Positions 25,401 to 37,087 of a DNA stretch of 64,000 nucleotides are shown in pieces. The stretch spans positions 129,279-193,278 of the forward strand of contig NW_008246082.1 in the NCBI RefSeq assembly GCF_000281045.1, written 5' to 3'. Every line of letters begins with the position of its first letter. Position 1 is the first letter of the stretch. The notes under the pieces are model-generated. The model did not search any database, was not told the DNA's origin, and saw only the letters and a list, made by a program, of their open reading frames with translations. The DNA comes from Saprolegnia diclina VS20 (taxonomy: Eukaryota). A program made the position numbers and the translations under genes.

Positions 25401-26307
25401 TCACGTCGTCGACAACGTCGACCTCCACGATTTGCTGCCGTTCATCGACTGGAACCCGTTCTTCCAGACGTGGGAGCTCCGCGGCCGGTACCCGAACCGC
25501 GGGTACCCCAAGATCTTTGACGACGAGAACGTCGGCGCCGAAGCCAAGAAGCTCTTTGACGATGCGCAAAAGATGCTCCAAGAAATCCTCAAGGCCAAGT
25601 CGCTCGCGGTGCGCGGCGTGATTGGTATCTACAAGGCGCACCGCGTCGGCGAAGACGTGGTCATCTACGACCCCAAGCAGCCAAATAAGGTCCTCGACAC
25701 GTTCCACATGCTCCGCCAGCAGGCCGAGAAGGAGACGGACGAGCCGTACTTGTCGCTGGCCGACTTTGTGTCGCCGGCCGAGCTCGGGTTGGAGGACCAT
25801 GTCGGTATGTTTGCGGTCGGCTGCTTTGGCGTCGAGGAGCTCGGCCTCAAATACGAGGCCAAGCACGACGACTACTCCAAGATCATGGCCCAAGCGATCG
25901 GCGACCGCCTCGTCGAAGCGTTTGCCGAGTACATTCACCGCGACATGCGCGTCCGGCTCTGGGGCTACGCGCAGCACGAGGAGCTCGCGCAAGAAGATCT
26001 GCTCAAGGTCAAGTACGACGGGATTCGGCCGGCCCCTGGGTACCCGAGCCAGCCCGACCACACGGAGAAGCGCACGATGTGGAACCTCCTCAACGCCGAG
26101 GCGCTCGGTCTCCATCTCTCGGAGAACTTTGTGATGATGCCAGCGTCGTCGGTGAGCGCGCTCTGCTTTGCCCACCCGGCGTCGCAGTACTTTGCCGTCG
26201 GCAAAATCGCCAAGGACCAAGTCGAAGCGTACGCGGCCCGGAAGAAGCAGTCGGTCGAGCTGACGGAAAAATGGCTCTCGCCGATCCTCGCGTACGACCG
26301 CGACTAA
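22468..26307 (+). CDS. METH: Cobalamin-dependent methionine synthase
   Basis: Intronless ORF. Homocysteine domain DGGMGTMIQ and GGCCGT, pterin domain NVGERCN, B12-binding [23 protein letters not shown], activation domain GIRPAPGYP. Confidence 0.98.
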   Translation: MARTHAEMLAAPYVRGQTDLFEYLTALMSTRIFIFDGGMGTMIQKHKFSEEEYRGERFKDWPHLVKGNNDLLSLTQRQVIKDIHTEYMEIGGAQLIGTNTFSGTTIAQADYHMEDIVYEINYESAALAREACDELTAKNPLMPRFVAGSIGPTNRTLSISPNVEDPGFRNVTFDELVQAYYEQIEGLMDGGSDILLVETIFDTLNAKAAVFAVDKYQTDKQTRIPLFISGTIVDMSGRTLSGQTTEAFYVSLRHSKPFCIGLNCALGANQMKPFLRRLANVAECFVSVYANAGLPNAMGGYDDDPVLMAEYCGEFCEEGLLNMIGGCCGTTPKHIAAIAAAAAKHPPRPTPSPKAPFMWLSGLEDMVVTKERFAFLNVGERCNISGSIRFKKLILKGDYGTAMEVARAQVEEGAMVVDVNVDDGMLDGVAAMERFLKIAVTEPDVSKVPFMIDSSKFHVVEAGLKCVQGKCIVNSISLKVGEAEFIRHAKIVKSYGAAVVVMAFDEYGQAATEAEKVRICKRSYDILVGPHVRFPPEDIIFDPNILTIATGMDEHNNYGVDFINACRVIKEQNPYCKISGGVSNLSFGFRGVNVIREAMHSVFLYHAVKAGMDMGIVNAGMLQIYDDIPADLLQIVEDVVLNRNPEATEKLLDRSVVEREKAEAAKKGGTGAVVSQQEWRTKPVNERLTHALVKGISDYIDSDVEEMRLLCARPLHVIEGPLMDGMNVVGDLFGAGKMFLPQVIKSARVMKKAVAYLLPYMEAEKAAKQAEDKANGIISEADDEDSMYAGKVLMATVKGDVHDIGKNIVGVVLGCNNYKIIDAGVMVPCEEILRLAKEHKVDIIGLSGLITPSLDEMVFVAKEMAKAGMTQPLMIGGATTSKMHAAVKIAPQYATIDHPVIHVLDASRSVVVVGNLLKEDEKAEFVEEILEEYEEMREDYYASLDDVKMVPYDRIRERGLHIDFATAPPHGHSHFLGNHVVDNVDLHDLLPFIDWNPFFQTWELRGRYPNRGYPKIFDDENVGAEAKKLFDDAQKMLQEILKAKSLAVRGVIGIYKAHRVGEDVVIYDPKQPNKVLDTFHMLRQQAEKETDEPYLSLADFVSPAELGLEDHVGMFAVGCFGVEELGLKYEAKHDDYSKIMAQAIGDRLVEAFAEYIHRDMRVRLWGYAQHEELAQEDLLKVKYDGIRPAPGYPSQPDHTEKRTMWNLLNAEALGLHLSENFVMMPASSVSALCFAHPASQYFAVGKIAKDQVEAYAARKKQSVELTEKWLSPILAYDRD

Positions 26308-26831
26308 GACGACATGAAGCATTGCGCGTGTGGCGACGGACCCTGCCAGGCAACACGAACACGCCTGCCACGGTCGCATGTGCTTGAGTGCACGTGTGGC
26401 TACATCCCATGCAACCATGTCATGTAGTGGCCCACACGAGCAGTGCTGCGTAGTCGATCATCAACTAATCTAATGACTCAATATCTTTCTTGTTCATTTG
26501 CGGATCTCGGATATGAAAAGGGCGGGACGACGGCGGTGGGACGCACAAGCCTCCAAGGCTTCGGTCGTTTTGTCGCCCTTGCGTTTCGTGTCGACTTAGT
26601 CTACGACAACTAACTACAATGCACTTGGAAGACGCGCAGTGGTGCTTTGGTCGGCGGCGGATGCATTCCTTAGCTGCCAAGACGCGTCGATGGAATACAG
26701 TGCATGCATAGGGTAGCTCTATTGATGCAAGGGCTGTACAAGAACGGAGGTTTACAAGTGGTGGCTTTTCTATGGGGTCGGGACAGGGCGCCGGACGACG
26801 ACGACGAGTATGAGAAGACGGAGGAAGGGGC

Positions 26832-27351
26832 TCAGCACGACATGCTTAGACCGTCGGCGGGGCTCAGCTTGGCCTTCTTGGGGCGCGAGAAGAAGGCCGA
26901 GGCAGGCGGCGATGCGAACGCATGGAACTTGGAGTCGAGGATCACGGGGTTGCCAGCACGCGTCGGCGGGCTCGTGAGCTCGACGTCCGGCCGCTGCACG
27001 ATCGAGCGAAAGTGCCACTTGGCGCGGTCGCCGAGTAGCGCCTCAAACTCGTCTGGGTGGGCGCAAAGCTCTTCTTTTTCGCACCTGTGCCATGCACGAT
27101 GATGAGTGGCCATCGTCGTCGCATGCACCATGCATGTACTACCGGTCGAGGGACGAGTCGCGGAAGATGAGCTCGGGTGAGGTCACGCGCCGGGGCCGGG
27201 GCGCGCAGAGCGGCTTGGCGTGGCGGCTCGCGTCCACGTCCAGGCCCGGATCCGCCTTGTCCGCAGCCCGCCACCGGCCGGCCTCGGGCGGGGAGTTTGC
27301 TCGCAGCATGTGCAAAACCAAAACTGACTGCGAATTTGTATGGAATTCCAT
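26832..27351 (-). CDS. Small hypothetical protein (2 exons)
   Basis: Two coding-like minus ORF pieces (MEFHTNSQ...SSLDR and WHRCEKEEL...LTSPPTRAGNPVILDSKF) separated by an intron-sized gap. TATCCGGA lies 23 nt upstream of the ATG. Confidence 0.55.
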
Positions 27352-27922
27352 TGCGCGTGATGACGACGGCGCGTATCCGGAGGGCTGTTGCAACGCCCAA
27401 GATAGGATAGTCGCACGCAACTGAACCTGCCACACACAGCAGCAGCCGATGCAGGCTCTTCTCGCCGGCCATCGACACTGCGGCGCATGCCGTTTATCGA
27501 TGCAATTCTACCAAGGCACTACGGTACGCTTCGTAGCAAAGACGGACACTGGTCCGGCGGCAGGCACCCACCATGTCCTTGCTTGTTCTGCTACCGGCAC
27601 GGAAATAGACTACAAGTTGGGTGTTATTAGATTGCTGCGCTGTCGCAGGTATTTTGGTGAGGAAGCCCTTGGTATCCGGATGGCATACAGCCACCGCACG
27701 CTGCCACGCAATCATCTCGTCTTCGGCGGTGTCCATCGAAGAAGCTCATACTTGGATGTCGTCTTCAGCTACCCTCTAGCAATGTGGTCCTTACTTGGGT
27801 TGCTTGGACGACGAGATGTAGCGTTGACGGTGCTGGCGAGCGAGTTCGAGTCCTCTCGCCTTCTGTGGTTGTGGCAAAATGCACTGGGACCGAATTGGTT
27901 TCTTATACAGAGCGGGGCTCAA

Positions 27923-28755
27923 TTACATGTACAAGCCAGCGGCAAAGCCAGCAGCAAAGCCGCTCGACGACGGAAAGTTGTACTGCGCAAACTCGAGGAA
28001 GCGCTTCCACCAAATCTTGAAGTCCTTCTGCGTGATCTTGCCATCCCCATCAGGGTCGACGGCCGCGATCGCGTCCTTCTCGACCTTGCCCCAGTTGATG
28101 TTGATGTAGCCCTTGTGCGCCGCGACCTGTCGACGCGGTGAGCATCCATACATCGCATATTGATTTCTTTTGTACCTGGGCCATGACAAAGATGATACCA
28201 ATGCTGACCGCCGCAGCCTTGCCGACTTGCTTGACGGCCATGCCCGAGCAAAAGCCGACGAAACCACCAAACGAGACCTCGCCAATCTTGGCGCCAAACT
28301 GGTCAATGAGGCGGCTCACAGGGTCGTCGTCCTTGCTCACGCTGCCCTTGGCATCACCCTCCTACTCGCGTCATGAGCCTTCCATTGCATGGGCACTTCG
28401 CTTACCTTGCCGTCGGCGGCTTGGCACAGCACAGCTGATATAATAGCATCATGAGCGGGAGCAACTAACGCCAGGCGTACCGTTGTGGGAGAGCGACATG
28501 GCCATGCCAAGCATCGCCATGCCCGAGAGGCGCACGACGGCCTTGCGGCCATCAAACTTGAGCGCGACTAAGATGCAAAGATGACATCAAGCCGCATGGT
28601 TTGAGCGTCAAGCACCGTTGGAGCGGGCCGAGCGCGTGGCGAGGGCGCGGACAAAGGACGTGCGCTTGGCAACTACAGAAGCGCGTGAGGCCATGGCCTT
28701 CGCCGCAGCGTAGCGTACGGGTGCGGGTCTGGGACCGAACGACCGAGGCAAACAT
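27923..28755 (-). CDS. FUN14-family mitochondrial membrane protein with an EF-hand-like loop
   Basis: SFGGFVGFCSGMAVKQVGKAAA, AHKGYININWGKVEK and SSSGFAAGFAAGL are FUN14 hallmarks. Presequence-like N-terminus spread over several short exons. Confidence 0.88.
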
Positions 28756-29947
28756 GATGTGTGTTGGTCAATTCCACGAATGACGCTGTTGGGGTGGCAG
28801 ATTCCGTGCCCCGGGGTCCGGCTCGAACGGCTTGTTAGCCAATCAATGCGATGGGATCTTGTGGCGAAAGTTCCGACCCGAGCCTTTTTTGTCGCAGCTG
28901 CTTGTCTTTTCAGCGCGCGCGGAGGTTGCTCGAAGAAGCGGCGACGCAAAAAGCCAGCCTTGTCCTACTTGACAGTGAATAGTGTACTACTCGTCTGTCG
29001 CATTAGCTAGTTGGACATGCACAAGGACATGCAGCTCATCACTTCCGAGCGACCCGGTTGAGCGACCCATGTCGATGCAACAGCGTTCTCGCGGCCCATT
29101 GGCGCACGGCGAATGGTCGGCAACCATCTTGGCTCGAATCGAATCGACTTCGTCCTCGCTGGTTCGAATTAGTAGGAGCGAAAGCAAGCACGGGCTTCTG
29201 GCGTGCATGACTCGGCATGTAGCGGTATCGCCCTGTGCAGAGCAGTCGAGCAGCCGAGCTGTGTCGCGGAGCTGTGGCTGTCGTCTCGCGTTCTTGAAGT
29301 TGAGCGACGTGTAGGTGTAGCTAGCGTGTCTCGGGTTGCGCCCGTTTATATCGCCCGACCAACTCGACACCACCGCCTGAGCTGAGGCACGGTCATTTCG
29401 TGAGCTTGAACCGATGGCCCGCCCAAGTGTGTTGCGTTGTTGGGTCGACTTGGCAATGACAAGCAAGACCTCGTCAGTGAACGTGGTACACTCCGATGAC
29501 AAGCAACTCGGCCCTTGTGCTGCTGCTGAATCTGCGCGACGTTGCCTCACCGTCGAGTCCCTTCGAATGGCGACCGCAACACACGGCAATAGTGTTTTCG
29601 TTGGTCTCGGTGTTTCGAGCAAAGACTACATTATCTACCGGTACAGATTCCTATTCCTGCTCGTTTGCCATTGTCAATGGAAAAGACGACGATGATTGCA
29701 GTGCAACAGTCAGGATACCGGCCATTTCGGCGTCTCCTCAAGATCCATCAGGGTGCTTTGCTGTGTTGCGCCGGAAGGACGCAAGGATGTAGTATTGCGA
29801 GCCAAGCCGATCAACGAGGTAAGACCACTAGGGCAGGACGCTGATGGAAGCGCGCTACAGCCGCCAACAGCTTGCACAGGAGCCGATATAGGTCGTGTTG
29901 ATGGAGACGCCAGCAAGAGTTTCGTATTTTGACCAATCCGAGGCCCG

Positions 29948-31252
29948 TTGTTCGCTTTTGGCCAATCAAGCACCGATGCGGACCGATTTTCGATTTTCCG
30001 TTTGCCGTACAGCACAGTCGGCGAGGTCGTCAGCAGCGACGACGGGATGCATGACGCCGTTGCCACCTACGGCTTCATCCTCGCGAGCGCACAGCGCGCA
30101 TGCGCTTCGTCGCCGTCAAGTGTCTACCTCTGGAAGCTCCGGGAAATCCGCATCCGCCTGCGTGACGCGAGCTACAAGGACGACGCGTCCTTTGTCCAAG
30201 ACCTCGTCATGTTGCTTCGCTCCGTCAATGATGCAGCAGTGTATTCAGTAGCCGCCAACGAAATTCAAGCAGCCATGAGGCAGATGGGCCTGCCGCCTCC
30301 GACACTACCTCCGTGGCCAACACCCGCACTGGCTGTTCTGCCGCCGACCCCACTGGACCATGCTGCGGTCTTGCGCCAGTCCGAAGAGCAGCTCAAGCGA
30401 TGTGTTCGCGCGCCACCGAGTGCTCAGCGCCCATCGGCTTTGAAAGCACCGAACCAGAAGCCGGCAACACCCAAGGCGACGACGCCACGGGTGCCCAAGC
30501 CCAAAGCGCGACCGAAAGCAGCAGCAACCAGTGTACCGATCAAAGTCGAACCGACGACGCTGGTACCCGCAAGGCCGCGAAGTGCTCGGTCGGCTTCGAC
30601 TAACAGCGAGCCGAGTCGCCCGTCTCGGGCAGCTGCAGTCGCAGAGAGAACGAGGAGCACCGAGACACGGTCGAGGGCGGCAAGAACCAAGGTGACACCT
30701 CGGAAAGCAAGCAGCCCAGCGCTTCCTCCGAGCAAGCCGCGATCGCGCACCAGGAAGCCCGTCGTGATTAAAATGGAAGTCACCGAAACCGAGGTCGACG
30801 ACGACGACGCGCCCCGGCGAAAGGTGGGTCGCCCGCCGCTGATCCCGCTCGAGCCGCACATCGCGGATGCCCCGACGCTGGCGAGGCTCGAGATTCTTCG
30901 TTCGCTGCCAGAGCAAGGCTTGTGCCCGCACCTGGAGCGCCAAGCCATCAACCTCTACTCCAACAAGCGCGAGCGGCTTCTGGCGCCAGTCGCCATGGGG
31001 GCGCTCAAAGGTAGTACCATGCAGTTTGCCTACGAATCGACATACGAGAAGGCTCATGCCACTAGATGGACACATTGTCTGCCGAGGCGACGAGCCCAAG
31101 ACCTTCAAGCAGTTCTTCAAGCAGCACGTCAAAAACTCAATGCCGGGGCAAAGTCCATGTGCTCACATTTACATTGTCTCGATGAAGAAGAGCTTGGATC
31201 TGCACCTCTTGGTACGCGCTTCGATCCCGCGCCCGCTTACGATTTGATTTGA
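29948..31252 (+). CDS. Hypothetical low-complexity basic protein with an AT-hook-like motif (start uncertain)
   Basis: 434-codon open frame, Pro/Lys/Ser-rich middle, RRKVGRPP, SUMO-like IKVE/IKME. First in-frame ATG at 30047. Confidence 0.55.
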   Translation: MFAFGQSSTDADRFSIFRLPYSTVGEVVSSDDGMHDAVATYGFILASAQRACASSPSSVYLWKLREIRIRLRDASYKDDASFVQDLVMLLRSVNDAAVYSVAANEIQAAMRQMGLPPPTLPPWPTPALAVLPPTPLDHAAVLRQSEEQLKRCVRAPPSAQRPSALKAPNQKPATPKATTPRVPKPKARPKAAATSVPIKVEPTTLVPARPRSARSASTNSEPSRPSRAAAVAERTRSTETRSRAARTKVTPRKASSPALPPSKPRSRTRKPVVIKMEVTETEVDDDDAPRRKVGRPPLIPLEPHIADAPTLARLEILRSLPEQGLCPHLERQAINLYSNKRERLLAPVAMGALKGSTMQFAYESTYEKAHATRWTHCLPRRRAQDLQAVLQAARQKLNAGAKSMCSHLHCLDEEELGSAPLGTRFDPAPAYDLI

Positions 31253-31698
31253 AAGGAGTGCAACCACTACGCGGCCATGGAAGCGTCCATCAAGCCTTAC
31301 AATAAGACGGCCGCTGGCACCGGTCCTGCACTGGTAGATGCTAGCCGATCCTCCGCACGGTGACTCATGTAACGTAGACCCCGAGAACCTCCCGCAAGCG
31401 CAAGCGCGAAGCCAAGGAGAAACCATCGACACCCTCGGATTCGGATCTCGTCGCTACCTAAGATCGTAGCTTCAATAGAAAAAAGTCTCGCGTCGTTGCG
31501 TGTGTTGGTGTGTGCAGCGTCGGTCTCAACCTTCTCAACCGTGTAGGCCAGTCGGTTTGCAGCGGTCGACTATGCAAGCCGTTCGAATCATCGAGCCGAA
31601 CGAATAGCAACCGAGCGGTTGGTCGAAACGACCACGAAACCGACGGTTGCGAGCCGACTCTTCCCCATACATTTGGGACTGCCGTCGAGGACAGGAGC

Positions 31699-33287
31699 AT
31701 GGCGGACGAAGCCGACGACGTCGACGCGGGCAACAAGGACGAAGGCAACAAGGAGCTCAAGGCGCGCGATGTACGCAGCCTCTTGCTTGCCTCCGCCGAC
31801 GCCACATGCATGCTAGGATACGGCGGTCGCCATCATGGGCAACGTCCTCGAGAAGCTGCGGATCCTCGGGTACGACAAGGAGCTCTCCAAGAAGAAGAAC
31901 TTTGTCCCGCTCACGGATACACATTTCGCCCTCGCTGCTACGAACGCCAGGTACGAGCACGAAGCTATCGATCCAAGTAGACGCCATGCGCATCGTGCTC
32001 ATCATCCTGCGCCTGTAGCGGTGGGCAGTTTAAAGGCTTCCTCGAGCTGGTCGTGTTCCTAATGAAGGTCTGCGAGCAAGACTTTGTCGTCGACAAGTAC
32101 GACGACCCAAACACGAGCGTCAACAAGCTCATCCTCGCGCTCAAGATCATGGGTTTTCCCCTCGACTTTCCCGCAGCCAAGCTCAAGCAAGGCTACGGCG
32201 AGGCCGTATGCTCGGCGCTCGAATTCATTTGCGACAAGGCGCTCGCGGCCAAAGGCTTTAGCTGGACCAAGCCCAAGTACCCCAAGGAAGAGTACGCGGA
32301 AGAAGCCGAAGTCGACGAGAACCTCGAGGTCGAAGCCGACGACGACGACGTGGTTGTCGAGGAAGAGGAAGAGCTGTACGTGGATGTGATCCGCGCCAAG
32401 ACCGAGGACTCGGAGCTCGAAGCATCGACCAACCAAATCATCTTGGCGGCTGTATGTACCCTACGAAGCGGGACGACGCCGCATCGATGCGTAGGTGGAC
32501 CCGCTGCTGTGGAAAACCGAACTCGAGCGCGTGGGGCCCAAGCTCAAGTCCAAGATCAAGGAGGACGACGGAAAGGAGTGGCACACGCACATTGAGCAAA
32601 CCAAAAAACACGATGCGGTTGGCCTACGACATGGACGACGTGGATGCAAGCACCGACTGCTGTAGACGATCCAAGACAACCTCGCGTCCACGGCCGCGCA
32701 GCTCAAGGAGATCACAAAGCAGCTGACCGAAGTCATTGGCCGTATGGACGCCAAGGAAAAGTACATCAACAACCAGTTCGACCACTTGGTATCTATGGCC
32801 ACCCGAGCGATTTCGATATGGATAGCACTCTGCGTAGCGGCAAGAATACCACCAAGTGAAAGAGAAGCTCCTCGCCGTGAGCGAGCGATGCAAGGAAGGC
32901 ACCGAGAAGGTCAACGGCATGACCAACCAGCACACCGAGATCACCGAGCAGCTGCGAGAGACCAAGGTGATGGCAATGCGGCATGGACCTGTCGTCAACG
33001 AGCTGCGTAGACCGACATGGACAGCAAGGGAAGCAAGATGACGGATACAACGCCGCTCGTGCAAATCAAGTCGGCGCTACAGACCCTCAAGGGCGAGATC
33101 AAGAACTTTGAGCTGCGCATTGGCGTTGTCGGGTACGTTCGTGTCGTCCAGTGACTGGTAACTCATGACGGACTATAGCCACACGCTACTCCAGTCAAAA
33201 TCCAAGCAAAAGATCCACGGCAAACGCCCGGGGGACTCGAAAGCCGTGGACCCCGAATACGACCACAGCGATGACGACTTGGATTGA
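31699..33287 (+). CDS. IFT57: Intraflagellar transport protein 57 (Hippi)
   Basis: VLEKLRILGY, DKYDDPN, KLKQGYGEAVC, WKTELERVGPKLK, KEWHTHIEQTK, KEKYINNQF, MTDTTPLVQIK and ELRIGVV. Multi-exon. Confidence 0.95.
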
Positions 33288-33805
33288 TGACATACCACCG
33301 TCATCCGTGAGTGGCAGCGGCGTCGTCCCGAGTCGATTAGAGACTACAACGCGCAGTGGTATCGGTCAACAAACTATGCGAAATATAAATGTTCAACTGC
33401 CGTCGGTACGCTGTCGCTCCCAGTGCTGACAGCGACGTATCGGCGTCGTCCTGCCGCGAGTTTCGGCGACGCAAAAATCGACCTTGGATATTCTCTCGGT
33501 CTACGTCAACACACACATCGCCGGTCTTGCTCGCTATGCTGGAACATGGCCCGTCACTCGTGCTCGATCGGTCTGCCCGTGCATACTGCCTCGGCACGTG
33601 GCTGCGTTTGTAGAGTGCTTGAGCGGGTTAGGGCAATGAAAATGGGAATAGGGTTTCCTGGCACAGGCGTCTCTACGTCGCCGATAGACGCGCCAACATA
33701 ACATGAAACCGAGTTATCTAAATCCTAATCGTCTTATCTAGTACATCTTATCTAGTACGTCGACGTGCACGTAGGATTTGAACAGAATTGAATTACAAAA
33801 GGAGG

Positions 33806-34933
33806 TTAGTACGACGACGGCGCGCCAGCTATCCAGGGTTATGTAAGACGCGACGTTATAATGGAAAAACCGTACCGCTGGGCGATCCCTTGATCATCTT
33901 GACGCCCGAGCTCGTGCCAAGGCGCGTCGCACCGGCTTCCATCATGATCTCCGCGTCTTCGAGCGATCGAATGCCGCCGCTGGCCTTGACCTGGACGCCG
34001 TGGGGATGCGCGAGCGACGCCATGAGGCGAACGTCCACCACGGACGCACCACGCGTCGAGAAGCCCGTCGACGTCTTGATAAAGTCGGCGCCGGCCGCGA
34101 TCGCGAGCTTGCTCGCCGTCTCAATCTCAGCTTCGGTCAAGAGAGCTGTCTCCAAGATGACCTTGGAGAGGACGTTGTTGCGCTTGCAGACCGAGACGAC
34201 CGCGCTACATCGGAAGCATGAGTGCCAGTACGATGTAAAGAAAGGATCTTACCAAATATCACGCAAGACGTAGGCGTGGTCGCCGGCCTTGAGCTTGCCG
34301 ACGGCAATGACCATGTCGATTTCTTCGGCGCCATGGCGAATGCAGTCGTCCGTCTCGAACGCCTTGGTCTCGGATGTGCTCGCGCCAAGCGGGAAGCCCA
34401 CAACGCAGCACACCTTGACGCGGGGCTGCTGGCGCTTGCGGTGGCGCTCGAGGCCATCGAGCGTCTACAGAATCGTTGCATCAGCCATCGACATAGGGCG
34501 GCTTCATGCGTACCTCACGCGCGTACGAAGCATACATGCTGTTGACACACACGGAGCAAAAATTGTGCTCGTACGCTTCCTTGCAGAGCGTCGCAATCTC
34601 GTCCGGCGTCGCATCCGCCTGCATGATCATGAGCTCGCGCTAGCCACATACAAAGGTATCTACCTTGAGAAGCGTATGGTCGATGGCCCGGCGCACGGTG
34701 GCGAGCGGGTCGTGCTTGGCCTCGTCCGCCGCGTCGACCTCGTCGTCGCCGGGCGCAGGCAGCTCGCCCGTGTACTTGGGGCACGAGCGCAGATGCGAGA
34801 GAAGGCGGTTGACCGACTTGGACACGGAGGACTTGCAGTGCTTGCACTCCATGCGGCTCATCTTGAGGTTGAGAGACGGGTCGGACTCGACCTCGTCAAA
34901 CTCGTCCCAGGCTGCGAGCTTCTTCTTGGGCAT
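33806..34933 (-). CDS. deoC: Deoxyribose-phosphate aldolase with an N-terminal BED-type zinc finger
   Basis: [34 protein letters not shown], Schiff-base [15 protein letters not shown] and RLGTSS. Tiny last exon ending in Tyr (AGAPSSY*). N-terminus W-x2-F...CKHC...HLRSC. 5 exons. Confidence 0.93.
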
Positions 34934-35619
34934 GGCGTCGTCGATTTCAAAATGAGCAGCCTACAAATAAGCAGAATTTTAGCCAATCGGGGACAGCGTG
35001 TTTATGCCACGGACCATGTTTAAACGTAGTAAAACCGATATGGGTGGCGGGGTGAAAGTGTGAAAATGAAGCCGATGCACAGGCAGGGCGTCGCGCTTGA
35101 AGATGGGGGCGACAAAGCCACATCACTGTGCTGCGATGGTGCTTCCCACGCCGCCAACCTGGCGTGTCGTGTCGCGGACAAAAAGACATGGCGATCTTGG
35201 CCAGCAATTTATGTGTAGATCGTCCCACGGTACGTTTAAACGCATTTTGAAGGGGTGAAGCATGGGTTAAACCACGTTCAACTGGTCGATCGCAATGCTG
35301 TCAGCGCAAAAAGACGGATCTTGAGAGAGAAGAGGCACTGCGCTCAGGATGAACGGCGTCGAGTCAGCGAAAGAAGCGCGGTGGCCGCGGGGCAAGCGAC
35401 GATGCGCTGGTGTCGCGATCCACGCGTGTGCTTGGACTTCAAGTTGGCATGGGTAACTTAACCGGACGATCCGCAACCGGACGACGAAAGCGGATGAAGT
35501 TGAGCTTTCGGTGCACGTCGCACGCCAATGACCTTCGTCCCGCGAGGCTGCAGTAAAACAACAGCACGTCGTGGGCGCAAGCATCGTGATTGCTCAATTT
35601 ACCGTCGCTTGGTGTAAAA

Positions 35620-36980
35620 CACACACTTTAACGTCGTTTTTGGACACGGCCAAGTGCGTTTTAGTACCGTATCCGGATGATGTGACGGCAAAACGCGCGC
35701 CGATTGGACGCGAACATGAACGCGCAACGACCTGCTGGCAACTTCACCCGCGCCCAGCGGCGCGTACAATTGTACGATGCAGGCGCGGTGCTCACGGCAG
35801 CCAGCGCGTTCGTTGCGCTGCTCTTGTATGTCGGTCTTGAGCACTGAGCTGTAGATGAGCGGATGGAAGGGCGTCGCTTGCAGTACACTGGCTGCTGGCA
35901 GGGATGTTGAGAAGTGCCGCGATCACCGTGGGATGCTGCTTGGCCGACGCCATGTAGAACGATCCCACGCACCTCCGGCCACACGTGAGCACACGTGTCA
36001 AGATAAGCCACGAGCTCGTCCGAACCCGCTCAGCAAAACGTTCGACTGCCGCAAATATGGAGCTCCTCGAGGCGACGGGTCACGTCGTTCCAGCAAGCAC
36101 GCCGAGACTCGCGCCACCGAACTTTCGCAAAGAGAGTGCCTGCCAGGAGCTGCTGCAATGCCAGTGTCCGCGTTGGCTACGTCTTTTCAACCGGGATGGG
36201 CTGGTCCAAGGGGTCAACTACAAGGCCGGCAAGATCGTCGGCAAGGCGACGCCCAACCGAAAACATCCCCGGCAAGAATACGACGAGACAACGAAAAAGG
36301 TCTTGGCGCCCGACGCGGCGAAGAATCACAGATCCTAGCGGCAAGACCAGCATGAAGCATCAGGTTGCCTGGAGGGAGCAACTGAGTACGGATAGACAGA
36401 TGAATGAGTTGATGCATCGTCGGTACGCTCATTGCGCTCCCTACAAACGTAAAATCTAATAAGATCTGCCTACTAAGAACCAAGATCTGCCTACTAAGAA
36501 CCAAGATCTGCCAACTAAGATCCAAGATCTGCCAACTAAGCTCAAGATGTGCCGACGTGGATTCACTTCTTCTCATGCGGCGCACGCGAAGGATCGAAAG
36601 GACACACTTTGCAGCTCCATCGTCGGCCGCTGGAGGATGACGAACGAGCCAACGCTGATCAGCGTCGGCGCCATTAACTGAGGCACGACAGCTCTTCTTT
36701 TCGCCGCCGAATCCACTGACTTGGACAGAAGTTCGTCGACGACCTTCCGGCCCTCGCATCGCTTCTCGAGAGCGAGGGCAGTAATAATGACATTTGTCGG
36801 GATGGAGATCATCGACAACATTTACATCAAGCCAGAAGACGATGCGATGGTCTTTGGCACGTACAGAAGCCTCGAGACACTAGTACGTCAGTGTTCCAAG
36901 CTCTCGATCTGACGCATTGCAGAGCCCGTACGGCGGCGGTACACCTCTCTACACGTGGCAAGACGACACGAGAGCAATCC
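35620..36980 (+). pseudogene. Decayed, internally deleted tandem copy of about 36990-39900 with an inverted segment
   Basis: Direct matches 35627~36995, 35725~38388, 36038~38746, 36590~39492 and 36800~39676. About 35820-36030 is the reverse complement of about 38480-38710. Confidence 0.88.
36460..36553 (+). repeat. 21-bp tandem minisatellite, about 4.4 copies (CAAGATCTGCCWACTAAGAWC)
   Basis: Units start at 36460, 36481, 36502 and 36523, with a partial unit at 36543. No spacers. Confidence 0.95.
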
Positions 36981-37087
36981 AAATGTCAAAACCACTTTAA
37001 CGTGTTGTCTTGACCTCGACTAAGTACGTTTTAGTACCGTATCCGGACGATGCAGCTGGGAAAAGCGCGGTTTGGTGGACGCCAGCA

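Noticed and set aside
28987..29622. Minus-strand 211-aa ORF with FTDEVLLVIAKST, faintly piggyBac-like
   Set aside because: One weak motif only, no catalytic residues or TTAA-flanked TIRs, and poor codon bias.
36460..36553. Possible CRISPR array
   Set aside because: The units are head-to-tail with no unique spacers, there are no cas genes, and the context is eukaryotic.
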